IMG/VR virus record: IMGVR_UViG_2867207765_000001
Span: 1 to 64,000 of that record
From: a virus
Lineage: Duplodnaviria > Caudoviricetes
Length of the DNA: 64,000 bases
Direction: 5' to 3' (one strand)
A program made the position numbers and the translations under genes. Below the pieces are notes generated by a model. The model was not told the origin of the DNA. It worked only from the letters and a program-made list of their open reading frames with translations, and searched no databases. Position 1 is the first letter of the stretch. The number at the start of each line of letters is the position of its first letter. Of the stretch, positions 47,848 through 56,514 are shown piece by piece.

Positions 47848-48102
47848 ATGCGCCGGAGACCGAAGCCTCGGCGACTGGGATCCGGCCGACCACGGCCGCA
47901 TGAGCCGTCGAACCCGGATCAGACCGTTCGGCACGGGCCCTCCCGCGGCGGCGATGACCGCTTCCGGGAACAGGGGCGTGCCAGTCACGGCAAGGTGATG
48001 CGCCTGGGAGAGGTAGACGAGCGCGGTCAGCTTCTTCGGCTGCCGGCGGAGCGTCGGGTCGCGCAGCAGCAGGTACTCGGCGACCGTTTCGGACTTCGTC
48101 AT
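47827..48102 (-). CDS. Truncated/degenerate Panacea (SocA/DUF4065)-like protein
   Basis: VAEYLL...KKL..LVYLSQA.HLA..G.PLF.E...A...GPV; 3' end runs into tRNA. Confidence 0.6.
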   Translation of the reverse strand: MTKSETVAEYLLLRDPTLRRQPKKLTALVYLSQAHHLAVTGTPLFPEAVIAAAGGPVPNGLIRVRRLMRPWSAGSQSPRLRSPAHAPIAQW

Positions 48103-48133
48103 CCGCTCGTTCCTCTCTCGTTGGCGGCTGGTG

Positions 48134-48201
48134 TGGTTCCCCAGGGGCTCGAACCCTGCAGAGCTGGTGTGTAAGACCTGCTTGCGCCCTGCGCGAGAAC
48201 C
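48134..48201 (-). tRNA. Atypical tRNA-Val(TAC) with shrunken D-arm
   Basis: Acceptor GGTTCTC/GGGAACC-A, loop CTTACAC, T-arm AGGGTTCGAGCCCCT; D-arm only GCGC-AGG-GCGC. Confidence 0.55.
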
Positions 48202-48310
48202 AGGTGCCGAATCGCGGGAGGAGGCCGTCACGCCTCCGCCCGCGTTCACCGAGTTGCGCGGAGTGACGATAGCGCGCGGTCCGGCATCGGGATGTTCGAC
48301 GCATCCCTCG

Positions 48311-48385
48311 AGCCGCCTGTCGGATTTGAACCGACGGCCCTCCGCTTACAAGGCGGACGCTCTGGCCAAACTGAGCTAAGGCGGC
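48311..48385 (-). tRNA. tRNA-Thr(TGT)
   Basis: TCCGC-CTTGTAA-GCGGA. Confidence 0.93.
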
Positions 48386-48390
48386 ATGTG

Positions 48391-48548
48391 GGCCAGGAGG
48401 TGGACTTGAACCACCAACTACGTCGTCGTCGCGGGAGCGACCCGCGCCGGCACGTCGTAGCGCTCCGACTGTCTCTGTGATGATGAACCAGGGCTAGCGC
48501 CTGCATCACGGAGCAGAAGGACCAGGTGTACCGTTTACCGATCCTGGC
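48391..48548 (-). ncRNA. 158-nt tRNA-like RNA with expanded central region
   Basis: Acceptor GCCAGGA/TCCTGGC, D-like arm, perfect T-arm GGTGG-TTCAAGT-CCACC, extra hairpins in place of the anticodon arm. Confidence 0.6.
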
Positions 48549-48800
48549 AGAGCCCGTTTCGCGCAGCCGCGGGCATTCGGCTTGCCGGGACCTATCAACC
48601 CGGCTCCAGTGCGAGCGCTTGCAGGAGTTTCACGTCCGAGGGCGTGTGGAGCCTGCCACTCCAAGTAGGCGACTGCGAAGCCGTACCGGTTGCCCGGCAC
48701 CCGGCCTTCCCGACCGGGCCACCCTGTACGTGGGTGTAACTGCGCCGCGGGCCTAGAACTCCGCGGCGTCAGAAGGCAACCCGTCGGCGCCATCCTGATC
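48549..48800 (-). ncRNA. Large structured RNA candidate (GOLLD-like 3' domain?)
   Basis: Consecutive hairpins, no credible ORF; GTCGCCTACTT..GGCAGGCTCCA..AAACTCCTGCAAG blocks. Confidence 0.4.
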
Positions 48801-48810
48801 GCAATCTCGG

Positions 48811-48885
48811 CTCCCCCGGGAGGGCTCGAACCTCCAAAACCTCCGAGTTAACAGCTCGGCGCTCTGCCAATTGAGCTACAGGGGA
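48811..48885 (-). tRNA. tRNA-Asn(GTT)
   Basis: CCGAG-CTGTTAA-CTCGG. Confidence 0.9.
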
Positions 48886-49073
48886 ATACTCCGCCCCAGC
48901 GCATCGGGACGGGAAGGTAGTGCAGGGTCTCCCACCCCACGTCGCGGACGCTGGGTTGGTCGTGATGCACATGGTTGACAGCGACCTGCGGTAACAGGTC
49001 GTGCGCTGCTGCGGCCGGACTGTACGGGGTGTACCGGCGCTGCGATCCGCCTTTTACCGAGGCGTCCCGTGAG

Positions 49074-49145
49074 TGGTCAGGGGAGGAGTTGAACCTCCGA
49101 CTTCCGTCTTATCAGGACGGCACTCTTCCGCTGAGTTACCCGACC
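49074..49145 (-). tRNA. tRNA-Ile(GAT)
   Basis: CCGTC-CTGATAA-GACGG. Confidence 0.88.
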
Positions 49146-49153
49146 AAGGTGCG

Positions 49154-49226
49154 TGCCCCCACTTGGACTTGAACCAAGGACTCGCCGGGTAAGAGCCGGC
49201 TGCTCTACCAACTGAGCTATAGAGGC
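49154..49226 (-). tRNA. tRNA-Lys(CTT)
   Basis: GCCGG-CTCTTAC-CCGGC. Confidence 0.9.
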
Positions 49227-49334
49227 GAAGGTCGACAGGTCCGTGTGCGGTGTTCGGGCGGGTAGCCAACCGCCGTGCTTTCGAGTGCACGCTGACCACA
49301 CGGTCCTGTCTGACGGGATGTACGGTCCCGTTTG

Positions 49335-49407
49335 AGCGGTAAGCGGGGCTCGAACCCGCGACATCCACTTTGGAAGAGTGGCGCTCTACCAGCTGAGCTA
49401 TTACCGC
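49335..49407 (-). tRNA. tRNA-Gly(TCC)
   Basis: CCACT-CTTCCAA-AGTGG; U73. Confidence 0.92.
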
Positions 49408-49569
49408 GAACACGCCGTGGCGTGTGAGCTTGAACGTTCCGACCAGGATTCGAACCTGGGAATGCCAGCGCCGTGCACAGCGAACTGGTCGCCAACGCCA
49501 CGCGTCGGCTCGTGCTCCTCTCGGCTTCGGAACGTCAAGTGTGTGCGACGGCTGGTCGGGCCGTCGAAG

Positions 49570-49659
49570 TGGCGGGTGGTGAGGGATTTGAACCCCCGTC
49601 CCGTTCGCACGGGATGCGGTTTTCAAGACCGTCGCATTCGGCCGCTCTGCCAACCACCC
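49570..49659 (-). tRNA. tRNA-Ser(TGA)
   Basis: CGGT-CTTGAAA-ACCG; long variable arm; CCA. Confidence 0.92.
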
Positions 49660-49754
49660 AAGTCTGGCCGCCGAGTTCCTGCCTCGGCGGCGCACGGCTT
49701 TCGGGACCCGGATGCCGTGCCCGGTGTGAACGCCCCAACTAGCGCGTCCCCGTG

Positions 49755-49846
49755 CGGAGGGCGTGGGAGTCGAACCCACACGCGGAGGTGGAACCCCGCA
49801 GTCCGATTTCGAATCGGGTGCCGCCGACCAATCGGCTGGGCCCTCC
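49755..49846 (-). tRNA. tRNA-Ser(CGA)
   Basis: CCGA-TTCGAAA-TCGG; long variable arm. Confidence 0.85.
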
Positions 49847-49933
49847 AACACTCACCGTTGATCTTCCTCAGCCCCACACCGCGTCTGGACCCGCTGGGGG
49901 ATGCGCTCACGGTGAGCACGTGGGGGAGTGCAG

Positions 49934-50007
49934 CGACCCTGACCGGACTTGAACCGGCGACCTCCGCCTTGACGGGGCGGCGCTCTCACCAGCTGAGCTA
50001 CAGGGCC
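49934..50007 (-). tRNA. tRNA-Asp(GTC)
   Basis: CCGCC-CCGTCAA-GGCGG (C at position 33). Confidence 0.88.
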
Positions 50008-50030
50008 GAGACCGCCGCGGACGCGACGGC

Positions 50031-50118
50031 TGGTGGGTGGTGAGAGATTCGAACTCCCGAGGGGGCGAACCCCGCCTGGTTTACAGCCAGGTGCCATCGG
50101 CCTCTAGGCGAACCACCC
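50031..50118 (-). tRNA. tRNA-Tyr(GTA)
   Basis: CCTGG-CTGTAAA-CCAGG; variable arm; CCA. Confidence 0.92.
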
Positions 50119-50486
50119 AGGACCGACGCCCTGGTGGACGCCGGTGTTGGTGGCTTCGAGCCGTGGCCTCGAGGTGATGGCAGGGGTGGCGGGGGTTGCG
50201 ATGATGTGCGTCCCGGTCGCCGGTCGTGCCGTCGGTGAGGTCACGGCTCGAAGCCGTGTGTTGTGTCTTGCACTGTGGAGTTCCGAAGACCCGCGAGGGG
50301 TGCTGTGCCCGTGGCGGCGGTGAGCGTGGTGCTCGTTTCCGTTGCCGGCTCTACCTCTATGCGCGGAGGTTGGAGACGGCGGGAGGCAGGTTCCCTGGCG
50401 GCTTCGTACCTCGCACAGTGACACACGCCGGACCTGGTGAAGTCCGACGTTCCAGGGGCCGGTCGGTAAGGGCCGGCCCCTGTTGT

Positions 50487-50512
50487 TGTCTTGCGCTGTG
50501 GAGTTCTCAAAA
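50487..50512 (-). promoter_or_regulatory. rrn boxA-like element (second copy 50264-50289)
   Basis: TTTTGAGAACTCCACAGCGCAAGACA and CTTCGGAACTCCACAGTGCAAGACA. Confidence 0.5.
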
Positions 50513-50537
50513 TGCGTCGCCATCTGGTGGCGATAGG

Positions 50538-50610
50538 CAGGGGTGACAGGACTCGAACCTGCAACTCGCGGTTTTGGAGGCCGCTGCTCTTCCAGTTGAG
50601 CTACACCCCT
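50538..50610 (-). tRNA. tRNA-Trp(CCA)
   Basis: GCGG.-CTCCAAA-.CCGC; AGGGGTG/CACCCCT acceptor. Confidence 0.92.
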
Positions 50611-50970
50611 ATGTCGTGATCTTCGCGTTGCTGCTGGAAACAACAAACGAGGCGGGGACTTCCAGTTCCGTGAAGCGTGTCGGCTTCGGTCCTGGAGGTC
50701 CCCGCCTCGTGGAAGAGTGCGGGCCGTCTGGGCTTACATGCCGTTCACCTGGAACTTCGCCTGGTAATCGGGGGTCGAGCAGTTCTGCCATTCGTTGCCG
50801 TTCGGCGTCATGGCAGCGCGCAGCACACGACCGGAGTCGTGTCGCTGGATCAAGAGCGCTGACATGAGATGCCTTTCGGACAGAGCGGGTGGACCGCAGG
50901 AATGCGAACGGTCGACAATGTAGCGTCGACGTCCGACTTCGCCAAACATTACGGCGTGTCGCGCGGGAAG

Positions 50971-52419
50971 TTAGGCTTCGGCGGGACCCTTGTACGCCTC
51001 GTCGGGGACGTTCAGCAGGTCGAAATGCTGGAACGTTTCCGGCTGCTGTTCCGCGGGTGCGATGACGTCATCGAACGCGGGAATGGGAGCGGCCGGGGGA
51101 ACGGGAAGCGGCAGCGGCGACCCGTCGATAGCGGACGGAACCGTCGCCGAAGAAGGTGTCGCCGCTGGGAACGTCCACGCCTGCTCCGCGTCGGACACTG
51201 CCGCTGGGGCGGGGGATGCCTCCGGGAACGTCCACGTGGGCTCCGCGTCGGGTTCCGGCGCCGGAGAGGTCTCCTCCGTGGTGGGGGCCGGCACGTCGAC
51301 AGGGGCTGCGGGAGCGGGTTCCGTCAGGTACGCGAGCGCTTCCTCCGCACGGGCCTGCAGCACCTCGTCGGACTCTGCCTCGGCAAGCCCTTCGACCGGA
51401 GCGTTCACGTCGTAGTTCAGCTCGATGAGCGGTGCGTTGTAGTCCTCGCCGGAGCTCTGACCCCCGAGGTCGTACGAACCGAACTGGAAGGTCTCGTCCG
51501 GCGGGGTGACACCGAGCCCTTCGAAGTCCGTGGCGGAGAACCCGAACTGCGCACCATCCCACGGAGCGGCCTCGGACGGCTGAACCAGCGGCGCGTCGAC
51601 GTGGAACGGCTCCGCCACCACGGGGAAGTCCGGGATCGGGGCGGGAGCGACCGGGTCGAGGCTGACGGGGAACGCCGGACCGTGCTCATCCGGGAACTGC
51701 GGAACGTCGACGGGAGCCGAGCCGGTGAACGGGTCCTGTCTGTCGAACGGAGTCTGGCCCGGGAACGACGACGGGAACGGTTCGGCGTCAGCGAACGCCG
51801 ACGGCTGCGGCGCTTCGGGCTGCTCCGGGGCGGACTTCCGCAGCACGTCCAGGTTCGCGTCGCCGAACAGCGCCGAAGCGGGCAGCGGCGTACCGAACGC
51901 CGGATGCGTGTACGCGTCACCCGCGTCGATGAGGCCAAGCTCCACGGCAGCGCCAAGCAGCGTCCCGCGAAGCGGTTCGTCGACCTCCGGGCCCGGGGCG
52001 GCCAGCACCGTCCCCTCCTCGAGGAGAGACGGATGCTCCACGGCGACCGCCGCAGCGATGGGGGACTCCGCGGCGGCGGCAGACACCAGCGCCTTCGCCC
52101 GTGCCGTCACCTCCTCATCGAGAGCCCGGATCTGCTCGAGGACCGCTGACTCCTGCGACCAGTCGAGGACCACCTCGGCGATGTGCTGCGGAACGGCGGG
52201 GATCCCGAACCGGGCATCCACCTCCGTCCGGTACGCGTCAGCATCGACGCCGAGCAGCGCCGCTGCAAGCCGGGACACGGGAATGCGGACCGGCGGGTCG
52301 CTGAGCTTGTTCTCCAGCACCCATCCACGGCCGTGCAGGAGCAGATGCGCGAGGTTCGTGGCGAGCGGGTTGGAGCTCCGGAGCTCGTCGATCTTGTCGT
52401 GCTCGGGGGTGTTGGACAC
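50971..52419 (-). CDS. Hypothetical protein with long Pro/acidic low-complexity C-terminus
   Basis: GAAAGG RBS, upstream CGCATAG; P/A/E/D-rich with spaced Phe. Confidence 0.75.
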   Translation of the reverse strand: MSNTPEHDKIDELRSSNPLATNLAHLLLHGRGWVLENKLSDPPVRIPVSRLAAALLGVDADAYRTEVDARFGIPAVPQHIAEVVLDWSQESAVLEQIRALDEEVTARAKALVSAAAAESPIAAAVAVEHPSLLEEGTVLAAPGPEVDEPLRGTLLGAAVELGLIDAGDAYTHPAFGTPLPASALFGDANLDVLRKSAPEQPEAPQPSAFADAEPFPSSFPGQTPFDRQDPFTGSAPVDVPQFPDEHGPAFPVSLDPVAPAPIPDFPVVAEPFHVDAPLVQPSEAAPWDGAQFGFSATDFEGLGVTPPDETFQFGSYDLGGQSSGEDYNAPLIELNYDVNAPVEGLAEAESDEVLQARAEEALAYLTEPAPAAPVDVPAPTTEETSPAPEPDAEPTWTFPEASPAPAAVSDAEQAWTFPAATPSSATVPSAIDGSPLPLPVPPAAPIPAFDDVIAPAEQQPETFQHFDLLNVPDEAYKGPAEA

Positions 52420-52594
52420 GTCGTGCCTTTCGGGGCGGTTGTGCGGCATGCGGCGCCGGTGGCGGTCAGAGGGTTCTATGCGGCGGAACCGGGCCCTGTC
52501 GCACCGCCCAGCTCCGCACGGAACCGCTTCCTGAGCAGCGGTCGCGTATGGCAGGATTCGGGGCACGCGTGAGGCCCGACCCGAACGGAAGCTC

Positions 52595-54205
52595 ATGAAC
52601 GTCCGACGCATCATCGCTGTCGTCATCGCTCTTGCTGTCGCTGCTGTCGCCGCTGGCTGCACGGCGCTCCCGCCTGGCACGAGCACCGTCCACGGTTCGA
52701 CGATGGCCGTCACCGCGAGCGCTGCGGCGAACCTGGTGGCACCGACGGTGACGGTGGACATCCCGAAAGGATCGGTGAAGGGCAGCGGTCATCTCGCGGT
52801 GGTTCCGGCGCTGACCGACAGTGGAGTCGCCGTGTTCTCCATTCGGCTCACCGGTGCGACCCTGACCGGTCCCATGACGCTGACGTTCCCGCACGCCAGG
52901 ACGAAGGACAGTGCGAAGCCGTTCATCGCTTATTCGGAAGCGCGGACCGGTGCGCTCACTCCCGTGTCGAACATCAAGGTCACCAGCGCCGGCGCCGTCG
53001 TCAGCACCACCCACTTCTCCTTCTGGCTGGTGTCCTGGGCCTCCGACGTCATCAACGGCATCAAGCAGGTCATCCAGACCGTTCTTGCGAAGACGCAGGC
53101 GGCTGGGCCGCCGACCTGTGCCAGCGAGGACAAGGCCCGAGCGGGCGGCCTCACGGTGACCAGTGGCTCCGGGAACAGCGTCTACTGGTGCGTCGGACTG
53201 AACGCCGCCGGGCAGACCGAGGTGAAAGTCACCAACCCGCGGAACTTCCCAGTCGTCATGGACTCCACACCCGGACTCACCCTCGAGAACCCAGACCCGG
53301 AGTGGGTTGCCGCCATCAAACGGTTCACCGGCGGCGCACCAGCACGTCACCCCGGCGACACCGTCTACGTCGTCAACGCGGGGGAAACCGAATCGTTCGT
53401 GCTGACGGGAACCACCGCGCAGACCATCCACGTCGAACCCAGCGAGTTGGGGTTCTTCGTGCAAGGGCTCGTCCTCGCCGCGCAGATGGTCGTCCTCCTC
53501 GTGACGCACAAGCCTCTCGGCGTCGCGAAGGAGCTGCCGTCGAAGGCGCCGAACGCCGCGGTCGCGTTCTACCGGTACGTTGCCGCGAACGCAGAATGCG
53601 CAGTGCCAGAAGGGAAGCTGCTGCTGGGCTCGAAGCTCGACAACATCGCCGATGGGATGAAAGCCGTCGCGACCGGGCTGGAAGCGGCAGCGGAGTGCGT
53701 CGTCCCGTCGCTGAAGGTCAGCAACCTCATCGCGCAAGGAGCGAGCACCCTCACCACGCTGTTCAGCACGGTGGTCGACGCGGTGACACTCGTCCTCAAC
53801 GCGCCCGTCGAAATTGTGGAGAGCATCGCCGGCTACGACGTGACACTCACCCCGCCGCTGCCGCAGTGGCAGCAGTGCCGGAAGCCGACGGAGACACTCT
53901 CCGAGGCGTATCGGGCTGCTGACGCCACGCTGACAATCTGCACCAAGGGCGCTGGCGACAGCACGAGCGTCGCACCGCAACGCGCGTACTTCACCTCGTC
54001 CGTCTACGGCAACCACACCATCGAAGACTGGGGCTACCAAGGCGACGGTGACTGCGGCAGCTGGGACAACAGCGACACCAACACCGTCTGCGTCGGCTAC
54101 ACCCAGCAGCCCGGATCCAACGCCATGGAGATGGAGGTGTTCACCCCGGCCACCACCGGCATCGTCAACATCCCCGTGCTGCAGACGTACCCGCCGATGC
54201 AGTGA
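52595..54205 (+). CDS. Large lipoprotein/secreted protein
   Basis: Lipobox AAGC; T.HFS motif; paired Cys. Confidence 0.75.
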   Translation: MNVRRIIAVVIALAVAAVAAGCTALPPGTSTVHGSTMAVTASAAANLVAPTVTVDIPKGSVKGSGHLAVVPALTDSGVAVFSIRLTGATLTGPMTLTFPHARTKDSAKPFIAYSEARTGALTPVSNIKVTSAGAVVSTTHFSFWLVSWASDVINGIKQVIQTVLAKTQAAGPPTCASEDKARAGGLTVTSGSGNSVYWCVGLNAAGQTEVKVTNPRNFPVVMDSTPGLTLENPDPEWVAAIKRFTGGAPARHPGDTVYVVNAGETESFVLTGTTAQTIHVEPSELGFFVQGLVLAAQMVVLLVTHKPLGVAKELPSKAPNAAVAFYRYVAANAECAVPEGKLLLGSKLDNIADGMKAVATGLEAAAECVVPSLKVSNLIAQGASTLTTLFSTVVDAVTLVLNAPVEIVESIAGYDVTLTPPLPQWQQCRKPTETLSEAYRAADATLTICTKGAGDSTSVAPQRAYFTSSVYGNHTIEDWGYQGDGDCGSWDNSDTNTVCVGYTQQPGSNAMEMEVFTPATTGIVNIPVLQTYPPMQ

Positions 54206-54208
54206 GAC

Positions 54209-55237
54209 CTACTTCGCCCGGTGGGTGATGAGGGCTTCCGCGTACGCCGGCCACCATGCGCCTGCGACGGGAGCGCCGTTGCAGGCGCCGTCGGATTCAC
54301 CTGGCGTTTTCACCCACAGCAGCGCGTCGAGGTGCGGGTCGCCGGTGATGACCTTCGGCGGCAGTCCGAGGCCGGCGCCGACCGGGTTGCACCAGGTGCC
54401 CTTCCAGCCCTGCCCGTTCCGGGATGTGTCGATGATGTAGTGGGCGCCGCCGGTGAGCGCGGACACCTTCTCCGCGTACGCGCGTTCGTTCGCCGTGGGG
54501 TAGAAGTTCGACACGTTCGTGTAGAAGCCTCGTGCCCCAGCGATCCAGGCGGAGCGAAGCCGGTGCGCTTGCAGGTCAGCGGAGTTCCAGTTGCAGTTCC
54601 CGCCGTCGAGGTACGCGGCGACGCCAGCGTCCGCGAACTGGTGCACGGCTTCCTTGAGGAGCGGGTACCGGGCGTCGGCGGCAGCCGGGCAGGAGGTCAG
54701 CAGCGACAGGGAGTCCGGTTCGATGAGGACGACGGAGCGGGTCCCGCGGAGGTGGCTGGCGATGACGCCGTTCCAGGTCTGGTACGCGCTGGGGGTGAGG
54801 CCGCCGGCGGACAGGTTTCCGCAGTCCCGTTCCGGGATGGCGTAGGTGACGAACACGGCGGTCTGCCCGAGCTTCTTCGCCGCGGCGGTGATGGTGTCCA
54901 CCTTCTGCGCTGCCTGCGCCGGCGTGAACCAGTCACCGAGCCAGGTGGCGGTCGGATAGGCGGCCAGGGTGCGGGCGGCCGCGGCGCGGGCAGCGTCATG
55001 GCTGGCGGTGAGGGCGGCGGCCGCGCGTGCCGCTTCCGAGTTCGGGTCGTTGTAGATGCCGTTGCCGAACACCTGCGCAGCGGTCGCGGTGTGCTCCATC
55101 CCCTCAGTCAACGCTGGGGTAGGTGCCGGGGCTGCGTTCGCGGTACCGCTGGTGAGCGCGCAGCCGGCCAGGGACAGGAACGCTGCGACGGCCGCAACGC
55201 CGAAGGTGAGACGACGGCGGACGGAGGCAGCGGACAT
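54209..55237 (-). CDS. Glycoside hydrolase family 6 (cellulase), lipoprotein signal
   Basis: YAIPERDCG, IEPDSL, YLD.G...W, RGFYTNVSNF, IDTSRNG, WCNP.GAGLG, WVKTPGESDG; lipobox LAGC. Confidence 0.93.
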   Translation of the reverse strand: MSAASVRRRLTFGVAAVAAFLSLAGCALTSGTANAAPAPTPALTEGMEHTATAAQVFGNGIYNDPNSEAARAAAALTASHDAARAAAARTLAAYPTATWLGDWFTPAQAAQKVDTITAAAKKLGQTAVFVTYAIPERDCGNLSAGGLTPSAYQTWNGVIASHLRGTRSVVLIEPDSLSLLTSCPAAADARYPLLKEAVHQFADAGVAAYLDGGNCNWNSADLQAHRLRSAWIAGARGFYTNVSNFYPTANERAYAEKVSALTGGAHYIIDTSRNGQGWKGTWCNPVGAGLGLPPKVITGDPHLDALLWVKTPGESDGACNGAPVAGAWWPAYAEALITHRAK

Positions 55238-55255
55238 GGCGGTGCGGCTTTCTTC

Positions 55256-56104
55256 TCAGATGGGCAGAGCGATGTTGAACCGCTCCTGCAGGACGGTGCG
55301 GGTGATGGTGCGAGCGGTTCCGAGGAGGTCGGATGCTTTGTCCTGACGGATGTGGAGGGTGCGGGCGATCTCGGTGACGGTGCCCATCGCCGGCGGTTCG
55401 CTGTACAGGTCGCCGAGCCACACCTCGGCGGTCTTGCCCAGTTCGCTGGAATGCTCGAAGCAGGTTTCGATGGCGAGTTCGACGAGCTCGCGACCTTCGA
55501 TAGGGGAGATGACGTAGTCGTCCTCTTCGACGGCGCGGTCGTGGTCGGCGATGTCGGCCACGGGGAGCACCCCGTCAAGGTCGGTCAGTTCGACGAGGAC
55601 GCCCTGCTTCTCCGGGTTGGAGCGGCGGGCACGCATCTGCTCGTTCGCGGCGTCAACGATCTCGGTTCGCTCCGGCTCCCGGCCGAGCTTCTTCCGAAGG
55701 TCCTCCCGGACGCGGGCGATGTGGCGCTGCTTCCGCTGCAACGCGACCATGCCGCTTGCCGCGGTCACTTCGGAGCTGTTGAAGTACGCCAGCGCCGCGT
55801 ACCGGCTGATGCCGTTCAGGTACGAGTACCAGGCTTCGACCTTGTCGTGCTTGCCGGGAAGCACCGCTTCGCGGAGCACCTCGAGGGTGCGTTCCGCGAT
55901 GACGCTGATGACGTCGTCGCGGTGGCTGCCGTACACGTCGCCGGAGTGACGTCCGAGGGTGCGAGCCCACTGCTGGAAGTGGGGAAGCATGTACCGGAGG
56001 ACCTTGTCCTCGACGCGGCGTCGCGCGGTCTGGTTGGGAGCGGTTCGCAGCTCGTCGATCATGACGGCGAGTTCTGCGGAGTACCGCTTGCTGTCGGCGG
56101 TCAA
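55256..56104 (-). CDS. Sigma-70-family sigma factor (divergent; start may be 56158)
   Basis: Region-2-like DDVISVI...YSYL, region-3 LRKKLGREPERTEI, C-terminal HTH TVTEIARTLHI...AR. Confidence 0.7.
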   Translation of the reverse strand: MTADSKRYSAELAVMIDELRTAPNQTARRRVEDKVLRYMLPHFQQWARTLGRHSGDVYGSHRDDVISVIAERTLEVLREAVLPGKHDKVEAWYSYLNGISRYAALAYFNSSEVTAASGMVALQRKQRHIARVREDLRKKLGREPERTEIVDAANEQMRARRSNPEKQGVLVELTDLDGVLPVADIADHDRAVEEDDYVISPIEGRELVELAIETCFEHSSELGKTAEVWLGDLYSEPPAMGTVTEIARTLHIRQDKASDLLGTARTITRTVLQERFNIALPI

Positions 56105-56514
56105 CGGGTTCCCCCTGAGATGCGGGCTGGTCGAGGTGTGAACGGGAAGCCGGGCCATGGGGTGGCGGAGTTGTTCCCGAGGGCGTCGCAGAACGCCATG
56201 AACCGGCGGCCGCCGGCGCGGGCGTCGAGCAGCCAGGCGATGGTGAACTTCCGTGGAGCGACGTCGGAGCCGGTGAGATGCAGCACATGCCGGGTGATGC
56301 GGGCGACCGTTTCGTCGCCGACGCCGGGCTGGGCGAGCAGCAGCTGCTTGAGGGTGATGCGCAGCAGCGGCTTCCCGTTGGGCTTGCAGGCGAGGCGGAT
56401 GACGTCGTGGACGCTCGCCCGGCCGGTGGCGACGTGCATCAGTGCGGTGGCGCGGAGGTGCCGGGCGGCGGCGCGGGCACTGTTCGCGTCAGCCAGCGGC
56501 GGGCGGACGTTCAT
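56101..56514 (-). CDS. Actinobacterial IHF (mIHF/H2TH)-like DNA-binding protein
   Basis: A.AAR..RA..L....G ... L.QLLLAQPGVG...V..I. Confidence 0.65.
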   Translation of the reverse strand: MNVRPPLADANSARAAARHLRATALMHVATGRASVHDVIRLACKPNGKPLLRITLKQLLLAQPGVGDETVARITRHVLHLTGSDVAPRKFTIAWLLDARAGGRRFMAFCDALGNNSATPWPGFPFTPRPARISGGTR

